Part shown: piece after piece, positions 1 to 12,935 of the stretch | Position numbering within the stretch: position 1 is the stretch's first letter | How the letters are laid out: each line of letters begins with the position of its first letter | Assembly: GCA_950097015.1 (NCBI GenBank) | Contig: CATNEN010000038.1 | Span: 35,216,001-35,280,000, forward strand | Source of the DNA: Macrostomum hystrix | Taxonomy: Eukaryota > Animalia > Platyhelminthes | DNA: 64,000 bases | Direction of reading: 5' to 3' | Notes under the pieces: generated by a model | Databases searched by the model: none | Seen by the model: the letters and a program-made list of their open reading frames with translations, nothing else | What the model was told of the DNA's origin: nothing | Translations under genes and position numbers: made by a program

Positions 1-1035
1 ACGAGAGAGATGAGACGGAGAAATATGAGACAGGAGAAAGATGAGACAGGAGAGAGATAAGACTGGAGAAAGATGAGACACGTGAGAGATGAGATACGGG
101 AGAGATGAGATACAGGAGAGATGAGACACGGGAGAGACGAGACACGGGAGAGATGAGACACGGGAGAGATGAGACACGGGAGAGATGAGACACGAGAGAG
201 ATGAGACGGAGAAATATGAGACAGGAGAAAGATGAGACAGGAGAGAGATAAGACTGGAGAAAGATGAGACACGTGAGAGATGAGATACGGGAGAGATGAG
301 ATACAGGAGAGATGAGACACGGGAGAGACGAGACACGGGAGAGATGAGACACGGGAGAGATGAGACACGGGAGAGATGAGACACGGGAGAGATGAGATAC
401 GGGATAGATGAGACACGGGAGAGATGAGACACAGGAGATATGAGACACGGGATAGATGAGACACGGGAGATATGAGACACGGGAGAGATGAGACACGGGA
501 GAGATTAGATACGGGAGAGATGAGACACGGCAGAGATGAGACACGGGAGAGATGAGACACGGGAGAGATGAGATACGGGAGAGATGAGACACGGGAGAGA
601 GGAGGCACGGGAGAGAGGAGGCACGGGAGAGATGAGACACGGGAGAGATGAGACACGGGAGAGATGAGACACGGGAGAGATGAGACACGGGAGAGATGAG
701 ACACGGGAGAGAGGAGGCACGGGAGAGATGAGACACGGGATAGATGAGACACGGGAGATATGAGACACGGGAGAGATGAGACACGGGAGAGATTAGATAC
801 GGGAGAGATGAGACACGGGAGAGATGAGACACGGGAGAGATGAGACACGGGAGAGATGAGATACGGGAGAGATGAGACACGGGAGAGAGGAGGCACGGGA
901 GAGAGGAGGCACGGGAGAGATGAGACACGGGAGAGATGAGACACGGGAGAGATGAGACACGGGAGAGATGAGACACGGGAGAGATGAGACACGGGAGAGA
1001 GGAGGCACGGGAGAGATGAGACGGGGAAGATATGA
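1..1035. repeat. 16-bp purine-rich minisatellite (ATGAGACACGGGAGAG)n
   Basis: Direct tandem periodicity of 16 bp; runs off the window start. Confidence 0.95.
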
Positions 1036-1509
1036 GATGTAGACAAATGTTACTTTATCACAAAATTAAAGGTGATATTTCTAATTGTGAGCAGAAAATA
1101 GCCGAAATTCCCCTTCGGCCCGTAGAGTTAAAAAACGAAGCTAGTATGCTGAGAAGTATAACGCATAATTTAATCCATCGCCAGTAATGCCCCTATATTT
1201 CCTTTGTCTCTGGCCTTCCAAAAGTGCAAAGCTTCTAGTTTCACATTTACTAAGCATATTTGTCTGTATCTGAGTTGTGCTAAGAAGCATGCCGATAGCA
1301 ACTAAAAGCAGATACCTACCTGTTGTACTGAGTTGAATAGTTGTTGAAAGCAATTTACCTATTCTTATTTCGGTCGTTGGGTAAAAACATAGATAAAGTT
1401 GATGAGAAAGAGTCGCTAGTATACTGGATAACTATGAAATATATAGTATAAAATCGGTTTTTCCGAGGAATATACTCAAAACAAAACGAAGGAATAAATT
1501 CTAAAATGT

Positions 1510-2140
1510 TAAAGGAATAGATTCAGGAATATGACAGAAATAGATTCTGGAATATGAGAGGAATAGATTCAGGAATATGAGAGGAATAGATTCTGGAATA
1601 TGAGAGGAATAGATTCTGGAATATGAGAGGAATAGATTCTGGAATATGAGAGGAATAGATTCTGGAATATGAGAGAAATAGATTCTGGAATATGAGAGGA
1701 ATAGATTCTGGAATATGAGAGGAATAGATTCTGGAATGTGAGTGAGGAATAGATTCTGGAATATGAGTGAGGAATAGATTCTGGAATATGAGAGGAATAG
1801 ATTCTGGAATATGAGAGGAATAGATTCTGGAATATGAGAGGAATAGATTCTGGAATGTGAGTGAGGAATAGATTCTGGAATATGAGAGGAATAGATTCTG
1901 GAATATGAGAGGAATAGATTCAGGAATATGAGAGGAATAGATTCTGGAATATGAGAGGAATAGATTCTGGAATGTGAGTGAGGAATAGATTCTGGAATAT
2001 GAGGGGAATAGATTCTGGAATATGAGAGGAATAGATTCTGGAGTATTAGAGGAATAGATTCTGAAATATGAGAGAGGAATAGATTCTGGAATGTGAGAGA
2101 GGAATATTCCACAATATGGTAGAATGTGAGAGGAATGCAT
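1510..2140. repeat. 23-bp minisatellite (GAATAGATTCTGGAATATGAGAG)n
   Basis: Tandem units visible directly; explains ORFs 1501-2146. Confidence 0.95.
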
Positions 2141-3149
2141 GCTCAATATGGCACTGAGACACTCAGATAAACAAGCTGATGTTTCAAGAAGAAGAACTGC
2201 ATTCTAGTTAAGAAATGCTGCACTAATAATGCTTGGTGGCAGTCGTTAGGCCGTGAAAAATAAAATTGGCATAAAACCGGATGGATCGACACAGACACTA
2301 GCAATAGCCGCATACTTTTGGGAAGATTATCCCACCATGGCTTTGGGAGAAAAACTTTTCCCGGTGTCACCCTGCATGGGCCAACATAAGAATTGTAAAA
2401 TCCTTGGCTCGTGCAGAGGGACTGGAAGCTCCCCCCTCTACTCAACCGTGTCTAATGGCTTGCCGGCACACAGAGCAGCTGACTCATCTGAGCCCGCAGA
2501 TCCCAACGGTGTGTGATCCCATCTGAGAACAGTAGTCTGCGGATAATCCTGGGCTTCTTGGGAGAGCAACACCATTAGTTGCTAGGGCTCACCATTGTTC
2601 ACAAAGACAGTAGATTTAAAAGTATCATTATTCGTAGCATATCCATTATTGGTTAACATGTTTAATGATTCCACTGTTAGTTATCAACAAATAGTAAGTA
2701 TCTAAAATTGAGAATCACAGTCAATTTCAAGCTGCATTAAAAACAATCAACAAAAGAATCGGATTTTTTAAAGAAAAGATTTCGATTTCTATGCTTTTTT
2801 GCAAAGAATATTTTTTAGGCTTTCAAAGATACTGAGAAAACCGCGAATCACAATGGAAACATATACATTTTTAAAAGCAATTATTCGATTTTAAATTATT
2901 GTTTTAGATTTTTCTAAGAACTTCAATAGTATCAGCTTACTTTGAACTAAAATGCACACTTTAATGAAAATAAAATCGCAAGGATCGTGACCCTTAAATT
3001 TAGGATTTCGAAAAAACTGTCATTTTTTCAGGAAGAAATAAAAAAATAAGTCTAAATTGAAATTCAACTCATCGTTTGTCAACTTTTCAACTTCGAACCT
3101 GTCGCCTTAACTTTTAGCGAAACCTGTTTTGAATTACTAATCAATCAGC

Positions 3150-3335
3150 CTCTCACTCACTCTCACTCTCACTCCCACCCTCAATCTCGCTCTCACTCTC
3201 ACTCTCGCTCTCACTCCCACCCTCACTCTCGCTCTCACTCTCACTCCCACCCTCAATCTCGCTCTCACTCTCACTCTCGCTCTCACTCCCACCCTCACTC
3301 TCGCTCTCACTCTCACTCTCGCTCTCACTCCCACC

Positions 3336-3427
<92 letters not shown>

Positions 3428-3431
3428 CACC

Positions 3432-3487
<56 letters not shown>

Positions 3488-3491
3488 CACC

Positions 3492-3535
<44 letters not shown>

Positions 3536-3572
3536 CACCCTCACTCTCACTCTCACTCCCACCCTCACTCTC

Positions 3573-3631
<59 letters not shown>

Positions 3632-3659
3632 CACCCTCACTCTCACTCTCACTCCCACC

Positions 3660-3696
<37 letters not shown>

Positions 3697-3701
3697 CCAC
3701 C

Positions 3702-3738
<37 letters not shown>

Positions 3739-3797
3739 CCACCCTCACTCTCACTCTCACTCTCACTCCCACCCTCACTCTCACTCTCACTCCCACC

Positions 3798-3871
<74 letters not shown>

Positions 3872-3930
3872 CTCCCGCCCCCACTCTCATTCTCACTCTC
3901 ACTCCCACTGTCACTCTCACTCTCACTCTC
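3150..3930. repeat. (CTCTCA)n hexamer microsatellite ending at the 3' splice site of a class C GPCR intron
   Basis: Hexamer run with CCCACC/CTCGCT variants, ending just before CTGACGCAG|ATC. Confidence 0.95.
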
Positions 3931-3941
3931 ACCTGACGCAG

Positions 3942-5244
3942 ATCCCACAGATCAGCTATGCTTCCACCAGTCCTGAGCTGAGCGACAACAATCGGTTCGA
4001 CTATTTTTTTCGAGTCGTGCCACCTGACAACTATCAAGCCAAAGCTATGGTGGCCATTGTGAAAAGCATGGACTGGAATTATGTGACTGCCATCTACGAT
4101 GAGGGCACCTACGGAGAGCGCGGCTTCCAGGAGTTCAAGAGCCACGCCTCAATGCAAGGTGAACATTAATCATTTGGCAGTTAACAGGTGTGACTGAAAG
4201 CCTGTGTCTAGCGTGTTAGATTCTGTGTCTAACATGTGAGATTCTAGACGTCTATACTCCGTATTTAACAGGTTAGACTTTGTATCTAACAGGTTAGACT
4301 TTGTATCTAACAGGTTAGACTTTGTATCTAACAGGTTAGACTTTGTATCTAACAGGTTAGACTTTGTATCTAACAGGTTAGACTTTGTATCTAACAGGTT
4401 AGACTTTGTATCTAACAGGTTAGACTTTGTATCTAACAGGTTAGACTTTGTATCTAACAGGTTAGACTTTGTATCTAACAGGTTAGACTTTGTATCTAAC
4501 AGGTTAGACTTTGTATCTAACAGGTTAGAATTTGTATCTAACAGGTTAGACTTTGTATCTAACAGGTTAGACTTTGTATCTAACAGTTAAGACTTTGTAT
4601 CTAACAGTTAAGACTTTGTATCTAACAGGTTAGACTCCGCATCTAACAGGTTAGACTCCGTATCTAACAGGTTGTATCTAACAGGTTAGACTCCGTATCT
4701 AACAGGTTAGACTCCGTATCTAACAGGTTGTATCTAACAGGTTAGACTCCGTATCTAACAGGTTCTAGCAGGTCGGGTCCTATGTTTTATTGTTTCGATC
4801 CTGTATCTAACATGTTAGATTCTTTGTCTAACAGGGTATTCAACAAATTTGATTCTGCGTGTAACATGTAAAGCTCTGTCAAACTGTCAGGCAACAATTG
4901 AGTCCCTACCCTCCCACAGGTATCTGCATTCGGACCTATTTCGTCATTCCGCGAAATCCTCGCAACGACAGTCTGGCCAGCATCGCTGGCGGCCTATTGA
5001 AGTTAGACAAGTCGCGCGTGGTTGTCGCCTTCTGCCAAGCCGAGTCGCTTCGCTTGCTGTTCGGCCAGCTCGGCAGCCGATTGGCGAAGCGCAGCTTCTT
5101 CTGGGTGGCCAGCGACGCCTGGGGACGGAAGACAGACCACCTCCTGGGCGAGCAGTTCCTGGCCGAGGGAGCCATCAGCTTGCTGCCGGAGCGGAGGGCC
5201 GTGGCTGGTGAGTCCTGGCTGTGAAAATGAGGGTGAGAGTGAGG

Positions 5245-5278
<34 letters not shown>

Positions 5279-8200
5279 CAGTGAGAGTGACAGTGACAGT
5301 GACAGTGACAGTGACAGTGACAGTGACAGTGACAGTGACAGTGACAGTGACAGTGACAGTGACAGTGACAGTGACAGTGACAGTGACAGTGAGAGTGAGA
5401 GTGAGAGTGAGCGAGTAACACTTTGTCAAACCGTACTCACCCAGGCTTTGACGAGTACTTTCGAAACCTGACCCGTGAGCATCATCTGCTGAATCCGTGG
5501 TGGCCAGAGTTCTGGGAGAGCCATTTTCGATGCAGCTGGGACGGCCGGCCGGGCACTGGGATGAAAAACTGTACAGGTGAGAGTGAGGATAAACATATGA
5601 GATTAATATTGTGGGTTATGTTTGTTTTTTTCAAAGAGAAAACAACACTTTTATCAGTGCGCCAGTATTTACGTGCCCATTCTAGCCTCGAACCCTATCC
5701 TAACCGTCATTGGACAAACTCTCTTTCCCGTTGAAAATCTCTAACCCCCCAGACATTGCAACCACCCCAACTCCGGAGCTGCGATTCGCTGAAATGTTTT
5801 CTCCCTAGTATACAAATAGTAAATAAGTCACAAGGCATTTTGGCACATGAGAAAAGGTAGTAAAAATAAAATTAATAATAAAGTAAAATATATTTTCTTA
5901 TTTAATAAATCAGGGGGTGAGTGACAGACCGCTTTAACGCGTTTGCCGCTCGCACCAATGTCCCGGAGCTCGATTCTGCGACGAGGCCATATTCATTTGG
6001 GGGCGCATGCCAACCTCCAAGGCACAGTGAGAGTGTACACTGCCTGACGATGAGAAAGTCGGGGCAGATGTACATACCTGTGTGAGCGTATGCCTGAGTA
6101 CAGTATCTTTGTGCGTGCGTGCTCAGGTGTCAGAGAAATGGGCAGAATTGCCTCCTCGCTGGCTGCAGGTCTAGTGTCACCAAATGATGCACCATTACCC
6201 GCAGCCCTTCCGCAATATATTGACATAAGACGAGACTTTAGTAGGCCTCCAGTCAAACAAAGGCACTAAATTTGTGCAGAAAAGGGAACAATTCTGATCT
6301 TCGTGTTGCATTTTTTTCGGCGAAAACCAAGAACAGAAACGTTTTCAAAGAAACGCAGTTTCCTGTCCTAAGCAGTACAAAGACCAGGGGGGCATTTCAA
6401 ATAGCCAGCATTTTCCTTTTTTCTATATTTCCTAAACATCGGACGGCTTTGTAAGTTAGTTCATCCAAAAGGGCGGGAAACTGCGTGGTATTTCTACTGC
6501 TGATCAAGGCGCCCCCATACTCAGTGCAGCCTGTGCGAACCCAAACAATGCTCAGGCCAGGAGCAAATCGGTGCCAACAGCCGGTACGAGCAGGAAGGCC
6601 TAGTGCCGATGGTGGTGGACGCCGTGTACGCCATGGCACACTCTCTGGACAACATGCTGCGCAGCCTCTGCCCGGGATTCGAGCCTAAGACCTGCCTGGA
6701 GCATCATCAGAAGCTGAACGGCACCCAGTTGCGCAATCACATCCGCAATGTCAGCTTCGTTGGGACGTCTGGAAATCTGCTTCGGTTCAACCAGAAAGGC
6801 GATCGAGAGTCGCTGTACGAAATCTTCCAGTTTCAACGGACAGGCAACGGCTCGGCCTTCGAGTACGTCAAAATTGGCACCTGGGGCGACGACCAGCTGC
6901 AGCTGGACAATAGCAGCCTCAGGTGGGGAACACCTGGAGAACTGACGCCCAGATCAGTGTGCTCCGAGCCGTGTGGCTTGGGCAATAGAACAGTGGCGCC
7001 TAATAAAGAGGCCGCCACATGCTGCTGGGAATGTGTGCCGTGCGATAACAAATACCAGATTGTGCTCAACTCGACACTGTGCTCAGAGTGCAAGCTCGGC
7101 TCCGTGCCAAATCGATTCTTCAACGAGTGCCAGCCGCTTCCGGTTGAGACGATTCAACTGGGCAGCGTGTGGGCCCTGCTGCCAATGACCTTCAGCCTGC
7201 TGGGTCTGGTCTGGACAGCATTCGTTCTGGTGGTGTTTGTTCGCTACAATAACACGCCGCTGATTAGAGCATCAGGCAGGGAGCTATGCTATGTCATGCT
7301 GGCTGGAATCTTCATGTCCTACTGCATGACCTTCATCATGCTGGCGCCTCCAACACCCGTCACCTGCGGCTTCTTCCGCATCTTCAATGGCCTGAGCTTG
7401 AGCATTATCTACTCGGCTATCTTTACAAAGACCAATAGGTTGAGCAGAATCTTCAATCGCGGAATTAAGTCGTTGATGAAGAAGCCATCCTATACCAGCC
7501 CGAAGTCGCAGCTCATCCTCTGCTGCTGTCTCGTCGCCGTCCAGGTAATGATGCTCATGCTCATGCTCATGCTCATGCTCATGCTCATGCTCATGCTCAT
7601 GCTCATGCTCATGCTCATGCTCATGCTCATGCTCATGCTCATGCTCATGCTCATGCTCATGCTCATGCTCATGCTCATGCTCATGCTCATGCTCATGCTC
7701 ATGCTCATGCTCATGCTCATGCTCATGCTCATGCTCATGATGATAAAGATGTTCTCGACAACAAAGAACATAAAAATAATTGCAGGAGGGCTGCGGGCAA
7801 CGGCACATAATTTGGTGACACTAGACCCGCAGCCAGCGAGGAGGCAGTTCTGCCCATTTCGCTGACTCCTGAGCACACACGCACACAGATACCGTACGCA
7901 GGCACATGCTCACACAGGTGTGTACATTTGCCCTGACTTTCTCATCGTCAGGCAGTGTGCACTTCACTGTGCCTTGGAGGTTGGCCCTCAAGGGCGTAAA
8001 TTTCACGACAAGCCCCCAAAGCCTTCTCTCCGCGGCTGCGCCCCAAATGAATGTGGCCTCGCCGCGGAATCGAGCTCAGGGACCTTAGTGCGAGAGGAAA
8101 ACGTATTTGAACGCTCTTCACCCCTCAATAAAGAACGTGGTTTCATGGTTTTTTTATATTACAGCTTTTAGCTACAATAATTTATATTTCAAACTTAGCA

Positions 8201-11200
8201 CGGCAATGCCCATGCTGTTAGCCTTCTGATTTGCCCAACAGGTAATCGGAGACATGACCTGGCTAGGCATGGATCTGCCAAGAACCAGATTCGATTATCC
8301 CGATCGAGATCACAAAATTCTGCGCTGCGCTGTGGACGATGTGGCCATTGTGGTCTCACTGCTGTACAACATGATTCTGATTGTGCTGTGCACTCTGTAC
8401 GCCTTCAAGACTAGGAATATTCCTGAGAACTTCAACGAGGCCAAGTACATCGCCTTCACAATGTACTCAACCTGCATTGTGTGGCTCGCATTTATAGCCA
8501 TCTACTTCGGATCCTTGAGGAATTTCCGCGTGAGATTATTTGTTTTTTCACTCTTGTTACATTTAGATGTTCTGTCTAACAGTCTAGGAACCATGTCTAA
8601 CAGGTTAGGAACTGTGTCTAACAGGTTAGTAAATGTGTCTAACAGGTTAGGAACTGTATCTAACAGGTTAGTAAATGTGTCTAACAGGTTAGGAACTGTG
8701 TCTAACAGGTTAGTAAATGTGTCTAACAGGTTAGGAACTGTGTCTAACAGATTAGTAAATGTGTCTAACAGGTTAGGAACTGTATCTAACAGTTTTAGGA
8801 AATGTGTCTAACAGGTTAGGAACTGTGTCTAACAGATTAGTAAATGTGTCTAACAGGTTAGTAAATGTGTCTAACAGGTTAGGAACTGTGTCTAACAGGT
8901 TAGTAAATGGGTCTAACAGGTTAGGAACTGTGTCTAACAGGTTAGCAAATGTGTCTAACAGGTTAGAAAATGTGTCTAACAGGTTAGGAACTGTGTCTAA
9001 CAGGTTAGGAACTGTGTCTAACAGGTTAGTAAATGTGTCTAACAGGTTAGGAACTGTGTCTAACAGGTTAGAAAATGTGTCTAACAGGTTAGGAACTGTG
9101 TCTAACAGGTTAGTAAATGTGTCTAACAGGTTAGGAACTGTATCTAACAGTTTAAGTAAATGTGTCTAACATGTTAGGAACTGTGTCTAACAGGTTAGCA
9201 ACTGTGTCTAACTGAATGTGTCTAACATGTAAGGAAATGTCTAACAGGTTAGTAAATGTGTCTAACAGGTTTGCAACTGTGTCTAACTGAATGTGTCTAA
9301 CATGTAAAGAAGTGTGTCTAACAGAATGCGTCTAACATACTAGGGCCTGTGTCTAACCGTTTAAGAACACTATCCAGCATTTTTGAGCTGTGTTCCCAAA
9401 CAGCGACACGAGTGGTTTTGGACTCCGCCCAAACAGGCGAGTTTAAAGTAAAAAAATAAAATTTCGAACTTTATTTCAAAAACCCTTTCTTAAGCAAATT
9501 AGCACCAGAAGAAATTGGATTGCAAAAGCAGAAGTTCAGGAAACTGATCTAGAAAAAAGGACTCAAATTTAAAATTCTGTGGCGGTGTCTCACTCAGCTG
9601 GGATTAAAGGCGAGGGACCGCCCGTCCCTGTGACCTAGAAGCTTCACTATGCATCAAACGCTTGGACGGAAGTCAATTAGCTGAGAGGCTACCTCTCCCT
9701 GTTCGACGCAGAACAATGCTAAAAGTGCAAACAGTAGCCTTTGACAGAAAAAGCGAAGCGCCTGTCAGATTAGAGTGAGCTTATGCTCAGATTGAGCTTA
9801 TGCAAAAACTTTTCCGGAGTGCTTTTTCATCCACTATCCTACTCAGATGATGACACAAATGTCACACCAGCTTCTAAATTTGTCCATTCTGATGTGTTCT
9901 TTATACTCGTAGAGCATCAGTTGAATGATCTTAATTACAGGCAGCAAATTAGCCTGCTCTGCTACTTCGCGCATATTTTACAACAGATTATAAACAAATT
10001 TACCTGGTGTTGTGAACAAATAAATGGCTTTGAATGTGTCTAACAGGTTATGAATGTGTCTAACAGGTTATGAATGCGTCTAACAGGTTATGAATGTTTC
10101 TAACAGGTTATGAATGCGTCTAACAGGTTATGAATGCGTCCAACAGGTTATGAGTGCGTCTAACAGGTTATGAATGTGTCTAACAGGTTATTAATGTGTC
10201 CAACAGGTTATGAGTGCGTCTAACAGGTTATGAATGTTTCTAACAGGTTATGAATGTTTCTAACAGGTTATGAATGTGTCTAACAGGTTATGAAAGTTTC
10301 TAACAGGCTATGAATGCGTCTAACAGGTTATGAATGTTTCTAACAGGTTATGAATGTGTCCAACAGGTTATGAATGTGTCTAACAGGTTAGAAGCCAGTC
10401 TAATACCCAAAAGCCACAGAACATTGTGCTGAAAATCTCGCAGATCAAGCTGACTTCACTGTGCATGTGCATCAGCATCAGCGCGTCTGTCACAGTCGGC
10501 TGCATGTTTGTGCCCAAGATCTACATTGTGCTGTTCCAGCCTCATAAAAACGTCCGCCGCTCGAACAACACCGCCGGAGGAGGCGGCGTCGGCGGCGTCG
10601 GCAGCCAGACGGAGCGGCGGGGGCTGTTCTCGCCGACTAGGAAGCCGCTGCTGCTGGCCGAAGGACAGTGCAGTCGCAGCGAGGCCGCTTCGCCTTGCGT
10701 CAGGGACGCCTGCCATGAGCCGTCGACTTCGGCCGCAGCGAATGTGGCCGCTGACATCTCCGCTGAAGGCAGCGTCAAAGGAGCTGGCTTCGGTAGGGAA
10801 TTCTTGGGCGGGAAGTCGCATTTTTTCTCCCCTCTCAAAGCCCCGGTTGCTATGCCTTTGCTCCACTTTATTTTCCCAAAGCTAGCGTGGAATTGAATCC
10901 CAATTTTTTTCTGCTAATCCCCTCAATGCTAAAGATAATCCCAATGGCCAGCGGAGGCGACAACCGGAAGAAGCTCCGAAAATCGGGCAGTTCATCCTTT
11001 TCAACCGAGTCACCTGGTACATTGATGATGAGGCAACAATGACAGTCGATGCCCAACCTGCTGAAGAAGCGCATTGTAGGTGCCCCCTAGCAACTCCACT
11101 AATCTACTCAAGTCTGACTGCTCAACTATTCTCACTTAAAAATTATCTTTTAAGTTCCATCACGTCATTTACTTTCTTTTCATACTCATTGTTTAATCAA

Positions 11201-12725
11201 GCAATAAATCAATCGATTTCTTAGAAATTGGACTTCTAAATTGCACTATAGTTAGCTAACCCAATAATTTCTGTGAGAATAACTTTTCTAGTTATTTTTT
11301 CCGCAAAACCTAATTGTTTTAAGGTAGGAAATAGATGACTTTCTATTTTTTTAGAAATTACATGTGCTTTGCTTGCTGTGAAGCATATCAAAAGTCAACA
11401 GTTATTGATAACATAGCATTCATAGCAAAACAAAAACTAAACTGGGAAAGTGAGTTTCAATTTTTCTTGCGTGAAGAAACATTGTACTTGTTGGTGCAAC
11501 GAAACCAACTTTATATACCAAACCTCTTTGATCGACTAAAACCATTTTTGGATTAACGAAATCCCAATTAATCACAGATATAAAAACTCAAAGAGTAAAC
11601 ACTCAAATATGTTGAGTATACTACACTGCTGACAGACAGTCACAATAGATCTCTCGTCTTATCGTTGTATTTTTAGGCTGCAATCATACTAACATCATAA
11701 GGAGTTAAACAAAAAATTCTGTCGTGAGGGCTGAAAAAAGGAATGGGTGCGATAAGGAGGACGGGTTGAGAGTGGCTATAGTGCAGAGCCACTCTCAGTG
11801 CAGTGCGGAGGGATGGGTGTGTTAAACTAGCGAGACTTGAGAGTGGGTATAGAGGAGGGGGGAGGGGTGGGTTTGTTAAACTGGTGAGACTTGAGAGTGG
11901 GTATAGAGGAGGGCGGAGGGGTGGGTGTTAACATCGTGAGACTTAAGAGTGGGTATAGAGGAGGGCGGAGGGGTGGGTGTGTTAACATCGTGAGACTTAA
12001 GAGTGGGTATAGATAAGGGCGGAGGGGTGGGTGTGTTAAACTGGCGACACCTGAGAGTTGGTATAGAGGAGAGCGGAGGGGTGGGTGTGTTGAACTGGTG
12101 AGACTTGAGAGTGGGTATAGAGAAGGGCGGAGGGGTGGGCGTGTTAACATGGCGAGACTTGAGAGTGGGTATAGAGAAGGGCGGAGGGGTGGGTGTGTTG
12201 AACTGGCGACACCTGAGAGTTGGTATAGAGGAGAGCGGAGGGGTGGGTGTGTTGAACTGGCGAGACTTGAGAGTGGGTATAGAGAAGGGCGGAGGGGTGG
12301 GTGTGTTGAACTGGCGACACCTGAGAGTTGGTATAGAGGAGAGCGGAGGGGTGGGTGTGTTGAACTGGCGAGACTTGAGAGTGGGTATCAATTGGACGTG
12401 CAATTAGGGGGCAAACTAGCTCTTACTTTTATTTCAAAATGCAAAGCTTAACTTACTACGAACTAAAAATAGTATTCGTTGTTATGGAATGTCTCCAATC
12501 AGTTTTTTGGAACCCGTGCTCAATCATGAACTCTACACTTAAATTGAGAATAGACAGGTGACACTTTAAACACCTGAATGTTTCTTAGAAAACATTTTAT
12601 GTCGCACACAATTCAGCACGGAAAATATAGGGAGCAATCTATTTGTTAAACTTTTAGCAGACAAAATTTTCCTTACATTTTTTACAGCTGGAATCGCATT
12701 TCTAATTGCCGGTCGACCCAAGCAG

Positions 12726-12769
<44 letters not shown>

Positions 12770-12935
12770 AAAGCAACCCTGCCCAAAGCAGCAATTAGTT
12801 ACCTTTTCCCCACTCACCTACCAAGTAAACAGCGAAATTTTGAACTCGAATAACTTCGACACAGAGGACGGCGATTCGTTCGACCTGCCGGACGAAATCT
12901 TCGCCAACCCGTGCGTTCGCGAGACTGCGCTTTGA
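3942..12935 (+). CDS. Class C GPCR, metabotropic glutamate receptor-like (mGluR / mXR-mangetout-like); 5' exons not found in window
   Basis: Phase-consistent GT-AG exons: 3942-4158 ([19 protein letters not shown]), 4920-5207 (WVASDAWG), 5445-5576 (NPWWPEFWE), 6556-7544 ([14 protein letters not shown], Cys-rich domain CCWEC, TM1-4, KTNRLSRIF), 8242-8529 ([24 protein letters not shown]), 10444-10792 (TM7, [12 protein letters not shown]). The tail exons 10935-11075 and 12688-12935 (poly-Q, ends ETAL*, a class I PDZ-binding motif) are less certain. Confidence 0.93.
4260..4770. repeat. 21-bp intronic minisatellite (TCTAACAGGTTAGACTTTGTA)n
   Basis: Tandem units inside intron 4159-4919. Confidence 0.95.
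5225..5412. repeat. (GAGAGT)n/(GACAGT)n hexamer microsatellite filling a 237-bp intron
   Basis: Direct periodicity between donor 5208 and acceptor 5444. Confidence 0.95.
5912..6220 (+). mobile_element. tRNA-derived SINE family A, degenerate copy with internal deletion
   Basis: Aligns by eye with copies at 7772-8125, 26705-27035 and 28209-28576; B-box-like GCTCGATTC; lacks the GCCGCGGAGAGAAGG..CCCTTGAGG segment. Confidence 0.8.
7548..7740. repeat. (ATGCTC)n microsatellite starting at splice donor 7545
   Basis: CAG|GTAATG followed directly by the hexamer run; produces the false ML-repeat tail of ORF 6603-7865. Confidence 0.95.
7772..8125 (-). mobile_element. tRNA-derived SINE family A
   Basis: Near-identical to 28209-28576; tRNA-like head at the right end, AT-rich tail at the left; candidate TSD CAAYAAAGAACRT at 7759-7771 and 8126-8138. 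Confidence 0.88.
8575..9360. repeat. 21-bp intronic minisatellite with alternating variants (TCTAACAGGTTAGGAACTGTG / TCTAACAGGTTAGTAAATGTG)
   Basis: Tandem units, partly a 42-bp higher-order repeat. Confidence 0.95.
10038..10392. repeat. 20-bp intronic minisatellite (TCTAACAGGTTATGAATGTG)n
   Basis: Tandem units ending about 50 nt before acceptor 10443. Confidence 0.95.
11800..12390. repeat. 54-bp G-rich intronic minisatellite
   Basis: Unit GAGAGTGGGTATAGAGAAGGGCGGAGGGGTGGGTGTGTTGAACTGGCGAGACTT, about 11 copies. Confidence 0.93.

Noticed and set aside
1141-1353. 70-aa minus-strand ORF with a hydrophobic stretch
   Set aside because: Starts at TTG, no ATG before the hydrophobic segment, no recognisable motif.
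2143-2600. Possible coding or transposon remnant between satellites
   Set aside because: No convincing motif in any frame and no mGluR N-terminal signature; cannot be supported without a search.
12566-12817. Poly-Cys metallothionein-like ORF on the minus strand
   Set aside because: Non-ATG start; better explained as the antisense of the (CAG)n poly-Q in the last GPCR exon.
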